From assembly GCF_913055905.1 (NCBI RefSeq), contig NZ_CAJXLB010000007.1: a stretch of DNA of 64,000 bases, one strand, 5' to 3'. How positions within the stretch are numbered: position 1 is the first letter of the stretch; the number at the start of each line of letters is the position of its first letter. The notes under the pieces were generated by a model. It was not told the DNA's origin, searched no databases, and was given only the letters and a program-made list of their open reading frames with translations. The translations under genes were made by a program, and so were the position numbers. Below are positions 27,291 to 37,512 of the stretch, one piece after another. This DNA is from an uncultured Winogradskyella sp. GTDB taxonomy: Bacteria; Bacteroidota; Bacteroidia; Flavobacteriales; Flavobacteriaceae.

Positions 27291-27980
27291 TTCATTTTTG
27301 AGAGACCAAAAACGAACCAACCTGCCTGCCGTAAGGCAGGAAAATTTAGGTTGCAGTTTGTTTCAGACGTTGTCGGAATGAAGTGTTTAAGCATTGGGTT
27401 TGGGATTCTTCGATTCCGATTGCATCGGAATGCTCAGAATGACAGTGGCATGATGTGATGCTGAAACGCCCTCAGCATGACGGTTAGAGTGTGAGATTTT
27501 TGGCTTATACCTTCGCTGAAGCTTCGGTGGACGAGTCGCTCAGAATGACAAATGAAGGTCTCTGGTTGTTTTATGTTCATTTTGTTATATTCTTTTTTCC
27601 ATTGATGAAAAAAGAAACAAAAAAATCTAGGCTGCAGTTTCAACTCTTGAAAACCCAGCAACCCGTCTTTATCGTGCGCATGGCAATCACTTCGTTAGGC
27701 CATGCTCCGCTGCCCCACGCGAAGCCGTGTTTTGGTTTTGCTACGACTTGAAACTAAGGCCGTGGATTCCTGCTGCGCAGGAATTTGGTTTTTAAGGGTT
27801 GGGTGTGTGAAATTCTTCGATTCCGAATGCGTCGGAATGCTAGGAATAACCGTTAGATGATGCAATGCTGAAACGAGTTGAGCATGACGGTTTGTTTCAT
27901 GGTATTTCCTTACTTTTTTTTCATCGCCAAAAAAAAGTAATAAAAAAAGGCGAGGCTGGGTTTTTGGTTTCAGACATAAG
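27291..27980. repeat. Composite cluster of REP-like palindromes (left of the permease gene)
   Basis: Several hairpin types repeated two or three times: T-run/A-run hairpins, TTCC...GGAAT, GATTCT...CAGAATGAC and ATGCTGAAAC...AGCATGACG. Confidence 0.8.
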
Positions 27981-27982
27981 GA

Positions 27983-29203
27983 TTAGATCAGATAGTTTAA
28001 AATCATTCCAATGCTTAACCAAATATAACTTAGTATCGCCAACCATTTTAGCACATTTTCAAGCAAAGGGCTTTTGGGTGCCATTTCCTTATGGTACATG
28101 ATATCTTTTCCCTTATAGAAACCGAAATAGATAAGAATTGCCGTTAACGCCACAAAGCTAAGATTTAAGAAGAAGGTATAGTCTATTTGAAAGTGTTCCT
28201 TTTCTGTGATGCTTGCTGAAGCTGGGTTAGGAATAAGGTCCAGTATATTGAAACTGTAATGCAATAGTAGCGAGGTAACGATAAGCGAAGTGAAGAGCAA
28301 GAACAATATGAAGAGTGACATTTTCCAGCCGTAATATTTTGCATTGATGCGCAGCACGGGAAATACCACCAGATCGCTAAAAATGAAAGCCATAACACCA
28401 GCAAAACTAACCCCTTTACCAAATAATAATGCTGCTAGTGGAATATTGCCCATAGAGCCGATAAAGGTTAAAAATGCCGCTACTGGTCCAACAACAACGT
28501 GTTCCAGTAAGGTGAAAAAATCAAAATCCTGTTGCCCATGGCCCGTATTGATAAAAAGTGTTTGAAAGAAGGCGTCTGGAATAAACGCCGCTACAATACC
28601 AGCGATGGTAAAGCCAACCGTAACATCTTTCCATACCATTTTCCACTCCATCACGTATTGCTTACCAACTTTAGCCCAGTTTTCAGTGGATTTTAACTTC
28701 TGATTAAGGGATTTTGACTTGTTATCCTCGTCTGTTTTTGATGTATTGAGTCTGTTTCGGGCATTTTTTATAAGCCTAGTTGGTTTAATAAGGCTTATGA
28801 GGAGCCAACTGATTAGAATGAGCAGAACGCCCCCAACATATTCCCCAACAACGAACTGCCAGCCCAAGAAGATTGAAATAATGATGCCAAGTTCTATAAC
28901 AAGATTGGTCGAAGCCAATAAAAAAGCGATGGATGACACAAAACTCGCTCCTTTTTGAAACAATGATTTTGACGTTGCCAATGCCGAAAAACTGCAGGAA
29001 CTACTAATAAAACCGAAAAATGTACCGAGAAGGACACTCTTACCGCCTTTATTTCCCATTACATTTTGCATGCGCTTTTCGGTAATGAAAACCTGTATCA
29101 TTGAACTTATCATATAGCCCAAGGCAAAGGCCCACAGCGCCATCCAGAAAAATCCTAGACTAGTATATGCCGCTTTTGCCCATTGTTGTAAAAATTGATC
29201 CAT
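27983..29203 (-). CDS. Predicted permease (DUF318/ArsP-like)
   Basis: Multi-TM; SSCSF, LLASTNLVIELG and GSMGNIPLAA motifs. Confidence 0.8.
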   Translation of the reverse strand: MDQFLQQWAKAAYTSLGFFWMALWAFALGYMISSMIQVFITEKRMQNVMGNKGGKSVLLGTFFGFISSSCSFSALATSKSLFQKGASFVSSIAFLLASTNLVIELGIIISIFLGWQFVVGEYVGGVLLILISWLLISLIKPTRLIKNARNRLNTSKTDEDNKSKSLNQKLKSTENWAKVGKQYVMEWKMVWKDVTVGFTIAGIVAAFIPDAFFQTLFINTGHGQQDFDFFTLLEHVVVGPVAAFLTFIGSMGNIPLAALLFGKGVSFAGVMAFIFSDLVVFPVLRINAKYYGWKMSLFILFLLFTSLIVTSLLLHYSFNILDLIPNPASASITEKEHFQIDYTFFLNLSFVALTAILIYFGFYKGKDIMYHKEMAPKSPLLENVLKWLAILSYIWLSIGMILNYLI

Positions 29204-29396
29204 GACATTAATATCTGTTTTAAATTGAGACCCGATTGTTGCTATCGCAACACAAACTATCTCATAAAATATGAAATTGTCAGCTAAGGGAAGTTCCCAG
29301 GTGCTTTTGCTTGCTTACTGACTACTGCATTTAAAGCTTTGCGGTAAGATGTCAATACCGTTATTTGGTGTGTTAGCCCGACTGTGGCGAGGCGAG

Positions 29397-29527
29397 GTTT
29401 TGGTTTTGCTATGACTTGAAACAGAGGCCGGTTTCTTTCCGACGTTGTCGGAATTGGGTTTGGTTAAGGTTGATGCGTTGGGTTGTGGGATTCTCCGCTT
29501 CCACCTTCGCTGACGCGCAGAATGACA
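29397..29527. repeat. Composite REP-like cluster (right of the permease gene)
   Basis: 29398-29422 matches 27730-27754 at 24/25; TTCCGACGTTGTCGGAA (29437-29453) matches 27362-27378 at 16/17. Confidence 0.75.
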
Positions 29528-29667
29528 ACACCCCATTGAAAGGATAATTGCACCCACATCTTCACACCAATTTAACAACTAAAATTGTACCTTTACAACT
29601 TGGCTAATTTCAAGGGCTAAAACCTCATAGGATAGCCCTTAATCTAAACTATTGACGTTGCAAGGCT

Positions 29668-32496
29668 ATGACTACATACGATGATGCTATTGAGGTAAAA
29701 GGGGCGCGGGTCCATAACTTAAAAAACATAGATGTTTCCATACCACGCGAAAAACTGGTCGTGATTACCGGACTGTCGGGCAGTGGAAAGTCTTCCCTGG
29801 CCTTTGACACCATTTATGCTGAAGGCCAACGCCGCTACATCGAGACCTTTTCGGCCTATGCACGCCAGTTTTTAGGCAGTTTGGAACGCCCAGATGTAGA
29901 TAAGATTGACGGCCTCTCCCCTGTCATCGCCATAGAACAAAAAACCACAAGCAAATCGCCACGTTCTACGGTAGGTACCATTACGGAAATCTATGATTTT
30001 TTACGACTCCTGTTTGCTAGGGCTGCCGATGCCTACAGTTATGAAACGGGCGAAAAAATGGTAAGTTATAGTGATGAACAAATTAGGGACCTTATATTGG
30101 AAACTTATGAAGGCCAACGCATCACCATTTTAGCTCCGGTCATCCGCTCGCGTAAAGGGCATTATCGGGAACTGTTTGAGCAAATTGCCAAACAAGGCTT
30201 TGTAAAGGTGCGTACCGATGGTGCCATTGTGGACCTCGAAAAAGGGATGCGCCTGGATCGTTACAAAACCCATGATATAGAGATTGTTATTGACCGTCTA
30301 AAGGTAGATGCTACCGATTCCACTAAAAAGCGCATTATGGAATCTATACAAACGGCCATGTACCACGGCGATGATGTGCTTATGGTGATAGACCATGAAG
30401 GCCCAACGCCACGGTTTTTTAGTCGGAATTTGATGTGCCCCACCACAGGCATATCCTACCCTAACCCAGAACCCAATAATTTTTCCTTTAACTCGCCCAA
30501 AGGAGCCTGCCCTAATTGTAATGGCATTGGCGAACTCTATGTGGTAAACGAGAAGAAGTTGGTACCCGATGTCACGCTGTCCATAAAGGCTGGTGCCTTG
30601 GCACCACATGGTCCAGAGAAAAAGAGCTGGATCTTTAAACAGTTTGATACCATTGCCCAGCGTTTTGATTTTACCTTGAGCACCCCTTGGAAGGACATTC
30701 CTAAGGAGGCCAAGGACATGATTCTCTATGGTGGCAAGGATAAGTTTAAGGTGGAGAGTAAACTCCTTGGGGTAACTCGGGAATACAAAATCGATTTTGA
30801 AGGTGTTGCCAATTTTATAGAGAATCAATACAACTCCAACTCCAGTTCGTTAGTCCGTTGGGCGAAGGAGTATATGGATAAGGTACCCTGTGAGGTATGT
30901 GAGGGCTCTCGCTTGCGAAAGGAATCCCTTTACTTTAAGGTGGACGGCAAGAGCATTGCCGATCTTGTAACCATGGATATCGTAGAGCTTGGAGCTTGGG
31001 TTGAAGGCTTGCACAAACGCCTATCGGACACCCAACTTAAGATTGCGGAGGAAATCCTTAAGGAAATTAAAAGCCGCGTGCAGTTTCTATTGGATGTGGG
31101 CTTGACCTATCTGTCCTTAAACCGAAGCTCCAAATCCCTGTCCGGTGGTGAAGCGCAGCGCATTCGGCTGGCCACTCAAATAGGGTCCCAGTTGGTGGGT
31201 GTACTTTATATTTTGGATGAACCCAGTATAGGTCTGCACCAACGCGATAACGAAAAGCTGATCAACTCCTTGGAATCGTTACGTGATGTGGGCAACTCCG
31301 TAATTGTGGTCGAACACGACAAGGACATGATAGAACGTGCCGACCATGTGATCGATATTGGTCCGCATGCCGGCAAACACGGCGGACAAATCATTAGTGA
31401 AGGCAGCCCAAAGGCTATTTTGGACCATCATACCATAACTGCAGATTACCTCAGCGGTGCCAAGGCCATTGAAGTGCCTAAAAAACGTCGGAAGGGTAAT
31501 GGCAAGACCTTATCGCTTAAAGGGTGTACAGGCCATAATCTCAAAAATGTGGATGTCACCTTTCCATTGGGACAGATGATTGGCGTTACAGGCGTTTCAG
31601 GAAGTGGGAAATCCACCTTAATCAATGAGACGCTCTACCCTATTTTGAATGCGCATTTCTTTAATGCCGTTAAAAAGCCCATGCCCTACGAAAGTATTGA
31701 AGGTTTGGAGCATATCGATAAGGTCATTGATATCAACCAAGCACCTATCGGTCGCACGCCAAGAAGTAATCCGGCCACTTACACTAAGACCTTTGACGAA
31801 ATACGGAAGCTCTTTGCTCAAATTCCGGAGGCCAAAATTAGAGGCTACAAACCAGGGCGTTTTAGTTTTAATGTGAAAGGTGGGCGCTGCGAAACCTGCC
31901 AAGGCGGTGGTGTACGCGTTATAGAGATGAACTTCTTACCCGATGTGTATGTGGAATGTGAAACCTGCCAAGGGAAGCGCTTTAATAGGGAAACCTTAGA
32001 GATTCGCTATAAAGGCAAATCCATTAGCGACGTACTGAACATGACCATTGAGGAAGCCGTGTCCTTTTTTGAGCATATTCCTAAAATACACCGCAAGCTT
32101 AAAACCATTGAGGATGTGGGCTTAGGCTATATTACCCTTGGACAGCAAAGCACCACCTTATCTGGTGGTGAAGCCCAACGCATAAAGCTTGCTACGGAAC
32201 TCAGTAAGCGCGATACTGGCAATACCTTCTATATCCTCGATGAGCCCACCACAGGTCTGCATTTTGAAGATATCAATGTGCTGATGACCGTACTGAACAA
32301 GCTTGTTGACAAAGGGAATACCGTGCTTATTATAGAGCACAATCTCGACGTCATTAAAACCGTTGACTATATTATTGATATAGGTTACGAAGGTGGTAAA
32401 GGTGGCGGCGAAATCGTAGCCACCGGAACACCAGAAGAACTCATCAAGGATAAAAAGAGCTACACAGCTAAATTTTTGAAAAAGGAATTGAATTAA
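29668..32496 (+). CDS. uvrA: Excinuclease ABC subunit A
   Basis: [19 protein letters not shown], two LSGGEAQRI motifs and zinc fingers. Confidence 0.98.
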   Translation: MTTYDDAIEVKGARVHNLKNIDVSIPREKLVVITGLSGSGKSSLAFDTIYAEGQRRYIETFSAYARQFLGSLERPDVDKIDGLSPVIAIEQKTTSKSPRSTVGTITEIYDFLRLLFARAADAYSYETGEKMVSYSDEQIRDLILETYEGQRITILAPVIRSRKGHYRELFEQIAKQGFVKVRTDGAIVDLEKGMRLDRYKTHDIEIVIDRLKVDATDSTKKRIMESIQTAMYHGDDVLMVIDHEGPTPRFFSRNLMCPTTGISYPNPEPNNFSFNSPKGACPNCNGIGELYVVNEKKLVPDVTLSIKAGALAPHGPEKKSWIFKQFDTIAQRFDFTLSTPWKDIPKEAKDMILYGGKDKFKVESKLLGVTREYKIDFEGVANFIENQYNSNSSSLVRWAKEYMDKVPCEVCEGSRLRKESLYFKVDGKSIADLVTMDIVELGAWVEGLHKRLSDTQLKIAEEILKEIKSRVQFLLDVGLTYLSLNRSSKSLSGGEAQRIRLATQIGSQLVGVLYILDEPSIGLHQRDNEKLINSLESLRDVGNSVIVVEHDKDMIERADHVIDIGPHAGKHGGQIISEGSPKAILDHHTITADYLSGAKAIEVPKKRRKGNGKTLSLKGCTGHNLKNVDVTFPLGQMIGVTGVSGSGKSTLINETLYPILNAHFFNAVKKPMPYESIEGLEHIDKVIDINQAPIGRTPRSNPATYTKTFDEIRKLFAQIPEAKIRGYKPGRFSFNVKGGRCETCQGGGVRVIEMNFLPDVYVECETCQGKRFNRETLEIRYKGKSISDVLNMTIEEAVSFFEHIPKIHRKLKTIEDVGLGYITLGQQSTTLSGGEAQRIKLATELSKRDTGNTFYILDEPTTGLHFEDINVLMTVLNKLVDKGNTVLIIEHNLDVIKTVDYIIDIGYEGGKGGGEIVATGTPEELIKDKKSYTAKFLKKELN

Positions 32497-32542
32497 CTCT
32501 ATATTGCAAGATAGAAATACTTACAACTTAAGACAGACGGAC

Positions 32543-33229
32543 ATGAGAAAAGAATATAAACATAAAAGCTGGAACGACATAAAAGCCAATGACTCCTGGG
32601 CTATTTTTAAGATTATGGGCGAGTTTGTTGGTGGTTATGAGAAATTAAGCATTATAGGCCCTTGCGTGTCTATATTTGGTTCGGCAAGAACCAAACCAGA
32701 CCATAAGTACTATCAGCTAGCGGTAGAGGTTGCCGAACGTATCGTAGAGCACGGTTATGGAATTATTACTGGTGGCGGCCCTGGTATTATGGAAGCCGGA
32801 AATAAAGGGGCTCACATCGCTGGAGGTACTTCGGTAGGCCTTAATATAGACCTTCCATTTGAACAACATGACAATCCATATATTGATAGTGATAAGAGTC
32901 TGGATTTTGATTACTTCTTTGTGCGCAAGGTGATGTTTGTAAAATACTCCCAAGGCTTTGTAGTGATGCCAGGCGGTTTTGGCACCCTTGACGAACTATT
33001 TGAAGCCATGACCTTGATACAAACCCATAAGATCGAAAGATTCCCAATTATCCTAGTCGGTTCCGACTTTTGGGGCGGCCTTGTCGATTGGATAAAAAAC
33101 ACCTTGCTGGAGGCAGGGAACATTAGTCCTGAAGACTTAGACCTGTTTCATGTGGTGGATAGTGCCGATGCCGTTATCGAGATATTGAATAACTTCTATA
33201 AAGACACAAGACTAACCCCTAATTTTTAA
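32543..33229 (+). CDS. LOG family (TIGR00730-type) nucleotide-binding protein
   Basis: FGSAR, GGGPGIME and PGGFGTLDE motifs; ATG at 32543 preferred. Confidence 0.9.
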   Translation: MRKEYKHKSWNDIKANDSWAIFKIMGEFVGGYEKLSIIGPCVSIFGSARTKPDHKYYQLAVEVAERIVEHGYGIITGGGPGIMEAGNKGAHIAGGTSVGLNIDLPFEQHDNPYIDSDKSLDFDYFFVRKVMFVKYSQGFVVMPGGFGTLDELFEAMTLIQTHKIERFPIILVGSDFWGGLVDWIKNTLLEAGNISPEDLDLFHVVDSADAVIEILNNFYKDTRLTPNF

Positions 33230-33247
33230 GATTCCCCTATTATTGCT

Positions 33248-34519
33248 ATGAAAAAGAAATGGATAGGATACGTTATCGTGGGCCTTTTGAGCATAACCTT
33301 AGGTTCTGCCCAAGAATCCTTCAAGGTGATGTTTTACAATTTGCTCAATTATCCCTTAGAAGATGCCGTGCCTAATCGCGAGGAAAACCTAGCCTTTATT
33401 TTGAGCGATTACCAACCCGACCTGTTTATGGTCTGTGAACTGAATAATGTTACAGGCGCCAATACCATACTCGACATTACCCGTAATACGATTAGTCCAG
33501 ATTTTGAAATGGCGACCTACGTCTCCAATACTTCAGACGATTTTAGTGGCGACCAAAACGATTTGCAGAACCTCCTCTACTACGATAGTTCTAAATTTAT
33601 TTTGGAGGAAGAAATTATAGTGCCTACCGATTTACGCGATTTCAATGTATACCGATTGAAATTGAATACGGTTGACCAAGCCACCAACCCTATAGAATTC
33701 TATGCGGTGGTCTGTCATTTAAAGGCCTCAAGCGGTTTTGATAACGAATTACGCCGTTTCAATATGGTGGTAGAGCTCGATAACTTTCTGAACACCTTAC
33801 CCTCTGATACCATGGTACTTTTAGGAGGCGACTTAAACCTTTACACTTTTACAGAACCCGCTTACCAACAATTGTTGCAGGTGACCAATAACATTACTTT
33901 TGCGGATCCTGCCAACCGCCCTGGCAGTTGGTCCAATAATCCGAATTTTGTGGATATCTTTACCCAATCCACGCGTACCGATTTTGGTTTGGGCGGCACA
34001 GCTGGTGGTTTCGATGATCGTTTCGACTTTATATTAACTTCGGAAAACATGCTCGCCAATGCCGATTTAACTTATGCACCAGATTCTTACCAAGTATGGG
34101 GAAATAATGGGCTTTCGGCATGCTACAATAGTGCCATTAATGATGCGAGTTGCGCCCTACCGGATTCCCCTTTTTCATTTGAATTGCGGGACGCCCTGCA
34201 TGATTTTAGTGATCATTTACCCGTTACCGTTACCTTGGAAACCGATGCCACGTTACTTAACATTACCGACAATCGCTTAGAACAGCTTACCCTTATAAAG
34301 GAGACCTTGGTTCGTTCGACCTTAACTCTACTCAATCCGGATTTTAAACTAACCAACAAAACCTTGGTTATCTATAATAGCCTAGGGCAGCCTGTAAAAC
34401 GTTTATCTTTTTCCACGGAATATGAGAAACAAATCGATATTAACGATTTGGAAGGCGGGCTTTATATTCTAGTTGTAGAAGAGTCTACCATAGCGCCTGT
34501 AAAATTTATGATTAATTAG
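33248..34519 (+). CDS. Endonuclease/exonuclease/phosphatase family protein with a T9SS CTD
   Basis: MFYNLLNY, HLKAS, GGDLNLY, RFDFIL and SDHLPV motifs; CTD IYNSLGQ. Confidence 0.88.
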   Translation: MKKKWIGYVIVGLLSITLGSAQESFKVMFYNLLNYPLEDAVPNREENLAFILSDYQPDLFMVCELNNVTGANTILDITRNTISPDFEMATYVSNTSDDFSGDQNDLQNLLYYDSSKFILEEEIIVPTDLRDFNVYRLKLNTVDQATNPIEFYAVVCHLKASSGFDNELRRFNMVVELDNFLNTLPSDTMVLLGGDLNLYTFTEPAYQQLLQVTNNITFADPANRPGSWSNNPNFVDIFTQSTRTDFGLGGTAGGFDDRFDFILTSENMLANADLTYAPDSYQVWGNNGLSACYNSAINDASCALPDSPFSFELRDALHDFSDHLPVTVTLETDATLLNITDNRLEQLTLIKETLVRSTLTLLNPDFKLTNKTLVIYNSLGQPVKRLSFSTEYEKQIDINDLEGGLYILVVEESTIAPVKFMIN

Positions 34520-37359
34520 TGACAAAATATAGCTACATAACGCTCGCCCTAATCTTCTGTGTCCTTAGTCTGAAGGGACAGAATATTCTTGATATCGATG
34601 CCTATGTAGATATAGAGGAACGCACTATACGCGTGACCCAACAAATTATTTATACCAATACCACAGCCGATACCTTAGACACCATCTATCTTAACGATTG
34701 GAACAATAGCTACTCGACCAAATCCACACCATTGGCGAAGCGTTTTGAGGAGGAGTTCAGTACTAAATTCCACTTGGCAAAGAATGAGCAGCGTGGTTAT
34801 ACGGCCATTATTAACATCCTCGATGGCGAAGGGCAAGAGCTCAATTACGAGCGCCTTAAGGACCATCCTGACGTGATACAATCGCAATTAAACCGTCCCT
34901 TGTTGCCTGGAGCCTCCTATAACCTTAGCTTAAGCTATACCTTGTTTATTCCCGATGCCACCTTTACGGATTATGGTATTACCAAAAACAAGGATTTCAA
35001 CTTAAAGTATTGGTACATAACACCAGCCGTTTATGATGGAACGTGGCACTATTACAGCAATAAGAACCTTGACGATTTATTTATCCCGAAGTCTGATATT
35101 ACCTTGCGCATCAATCACCCAATGAACTACAGCGTAACAACGGAATTGGATTATGTGAATATCATCCCGGATTATGACGAAAAGCGACAGACCACCATAC
35201 ACTTTGGTGCCGATCGTGTTGATACCTTTTTGTCCTTAAATAAGTTTCCGCGGTACAGTTTTGTGCAGACAGATGATTTTATACTGGTTTCCAACATCAA
35301 TGAAAAAGGTCTTGCAACGGACAAAAAAGCACTGCTCACAGATCGGATTACACGCTTCATAACGTCTAACTTAGGACCCTATCCACACAAACGATTACTG
35401 GTTACCACTATTGACTATAACAAAAACCCGCTTTACGGCCTCAATCAGCTTCCTGACTTTATAAGACCCTTCCCAGATAATTTTCAATATGAGTTGAAAC
35501 TGCTGAAAACAGCCTTGAAGAAATATCTGGACAATACACTAATGCTAAATCCCAGAAAAGACTACTGGCTGTCGGATGGTTTGCAGATCTATTATCTAAT
35601 GATGTATGTGAACACCTACTATCCCGACATGAAATTATTTGGTTCCTTGGCCAATGTATGGGGACTGCGGTCTTTTCATGCAGCCGACCTCGATTTCAAC
35701 TTTCAGTACTTTTTGTTCTTTATGGAAATGGCGCGCAAGAATCGCGACCAACCCTTAACCACCTCTAAAGACTCCCTCATAAAATTCAATGCCAATATCG
35801 CAGGGAAGTATAAAGCCGGGCTTGGACTAAAATACCTTGATGACTTTACCGAGGATATGGACTTATCCCAGCAGCTAACGGAATTTTTGGCTACCTACAA
35901 ACTTAAACCAGTTTCCTCAAAAGATTTTGAAAGGTTCATTAGCACCAAAACAGGTAAGTCTTTGGATTGGTTTTTTGATGATTATGTGACGACGCGAAAG
36001 AAAATAGACTTCAAGATTAAGTCTTTAGTTCCGCAAGGTGATTCGCTAAGAGTTACCATAAAAAATAAACGGGACAACACCATGCCCATTTCGCTCTTTT
36101 CATTGCGCAATGATAGTGTAGTTAGCAAATTATGGGTGGAAGATATAAACAAGGAAAAAACAGTGGTTATACCCAAGGATAGCGCCGATATGTTTGTACT
36201 GGACTACGACAACGTTATCCCAGAATTTAACCAGCGTGATAACTACAGGAGTATAGAGGGTAACTTTTTAAACAACAAACCCTTTCAATTCCGATTGTTT
36301 AAGGATATTGAAGACCCAGATTACAACCAGGTCTTTTTAATGCCCTTGATAGAGTTTAACAATATCTACGATGGACTTACCTTGGGGACCAAAGTCTACA
36401 ATAAGACCATCTTACGCAAACGTCTCAACTATAGGTTTTCCCCTCAATACGCTACACGGTCTAGAGCTTTAACAGGATCGGCATCGGTGTTTTATACCCA
36501 CAATCTGGAAAATCAGAACCTTTTTGATATTACCTACGGTTTTGTAGCCGGGTATCAGTCCTTTGCCCAAGATGCCTTTTTTACACGGATTAGGCCATCC
36601 ATAGCGTTTACCTTTAGGGACGATACGGACTTTAGAAAGGATAGAACCGATTTAATCCTGGCCAGATATGTTAGTATTGAGCGTAGGCTTGGACCAGATG
36701 CTGTTGTTGCCATAGATGAACCCGATTATGGTGTTTTTAATTTACGCTATGTGCGGTCCAATCCTGGCATCATCAATTTCTCCAATTTTGCCGCTGATTT
36801 TCAGATTGCCGATAAGTTTAGCAAGTTTTCAGTGAATTATGAATTTAGAAAGCTCACTAAAAGCAATCGCAATGTTAACCTTAGGTTGTTTGCCGGTGTT
36901 TTTCTAGCAAATAATACCGACCCGAATTCCGATTATTTTAGTTTTGCTCTTGATCGGCCAACCGATTATTTATTTGACCTTAATTATCTTGGGCGTTCGG
37001 AGGCCTCAGGTTTATTCAGTCAGCAAATTATCATTGCCGAAGGTGGTTTTAAGTCGAAATTGGATACCCCTTTTGCCAATCAATGGATGGCCACTGCAAA
37101 CTTTAGCACCTCAATATGGCGTTATATCCAGATATATGGTGATGTTGGCTTTGTGAAAAACCGTTTTGACTCCGCTAATTTTGTCTATGACTCGGGCATA
37201 CGCCTTAATCTGGTTGAGGATTATTTTGAAATTTACTTTCCGCTCTACTCCAATCTCGGTTGGGAAATTGGACAGTCTAACTACGATCAGCGCATTCGCT
37301 TTATGTTTACGGTAGACCCACAAGTACTCTTAGGTCTATTTCGCCGTAAATGGTATTGA
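34519..37359 (+). CDS. M1/gluzincin-like protein with degenerate zinc motif and a probable C-terminal beta-strand-rich domain
   Basis: N-terminal YLNDWNNSY; WLSDGL at the WLNEG position; no HExxH seen. Confidence 0.7.
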   Translation: MTKYSYITLALIFCVLSLKGQNILDIDAYVDIEERTIRVTQQIIYTNTTADTLDTIYLNDWNNSYSTKSTPLAKRFEEEFSTKFHLAKNEQRGYTAIINILDGEGQELNYERLKDHPDVIQSQLNRPLLPGASYNLSLSYTLFIPDATFTDYGITKNKDFNLKYWYITPAVYDGTWHYYSNKNLDDLFIPKSDITLRINHPMNYSVTTELDYVNIIPDYDEKRQTTIHFGADRVDTFLSLNKFPRYSFVQTDDFILVSNINEKGLATDKKALLTDRITRFITSNLGPYPHKRLLVTTIDYNKNPLYGLNQLPDFIRPFPDNFQYELKLLKTALKKYLDNTLMLNPRKDYWLSDGLQIYYLMMYVNTYYPDMKLFGSLANVWGLRSFHAADLDFNFQYFLFFMEMARKNRDQPLTTSKDSLIKFNANIAGKYKAGLGLKYLDDFTEDMDLSQQLTEFLATYKLKPVSSKDFERFISTKTGKSLDWFFDDYVTTRKKIDFKIKSLVPQGDSLRVTIKNKRDNTMPISLFSLRNDSVVSKLWVEDINKEKTVVIPKDSADMFVLDYDNVIPEFNQRDNYRSIEGNFLNNKPFQFRLFKDIEDPDYNQVFLMPLIEFNNIYDGLTLGTKVYNKTILRKRLNYRFSPQYATRSRALTGSASVFYTHNLENQNLFDITYGFVAGYQSFAQDAFFTRIRPSIAFTFRDDTDFRKDRTDLILARYVSIERRLGPDAVVAIDEPDYGVFNLRYVRSNPGIINFSNFAADFQIADKFSKFSVNYEFRKLTKSNRNVNLRLFAGVFLANNTDPNSDYFSFALDRPTDYLFDLNYLGRSEASGLFSQQIIIAEGGFKSKLDTPFANQWMATANFSTSIWRYIQIYGDVGFVKNRFDSANFVYDSGIRLNLVEDYFEIYFPLYSNLGWEIGQSNYDQRIRFMFTVDPQVLLGLFRRKWY

Positions 37360-37512
37360 CATATTCTTACTTAAATGTTAATATTTATTGATTTATTAAA
37401 AAATTGATAGCTATGCAGCTTCTTTTTTAAGAATAATTCAAAATTGAAGCCATGGTTACTATTGTACGGCATTTCATTTTTAACTATCTTTGCCTGACGC
37501 AAAAGAAGACCT

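Noticed and set aside
27434-28101. Short ORFs 27434-27661, 27491-27751 and 27865-28101
   Set aside because: They lie across palindromic repeats or antisense to the permease gene and have no coding character.
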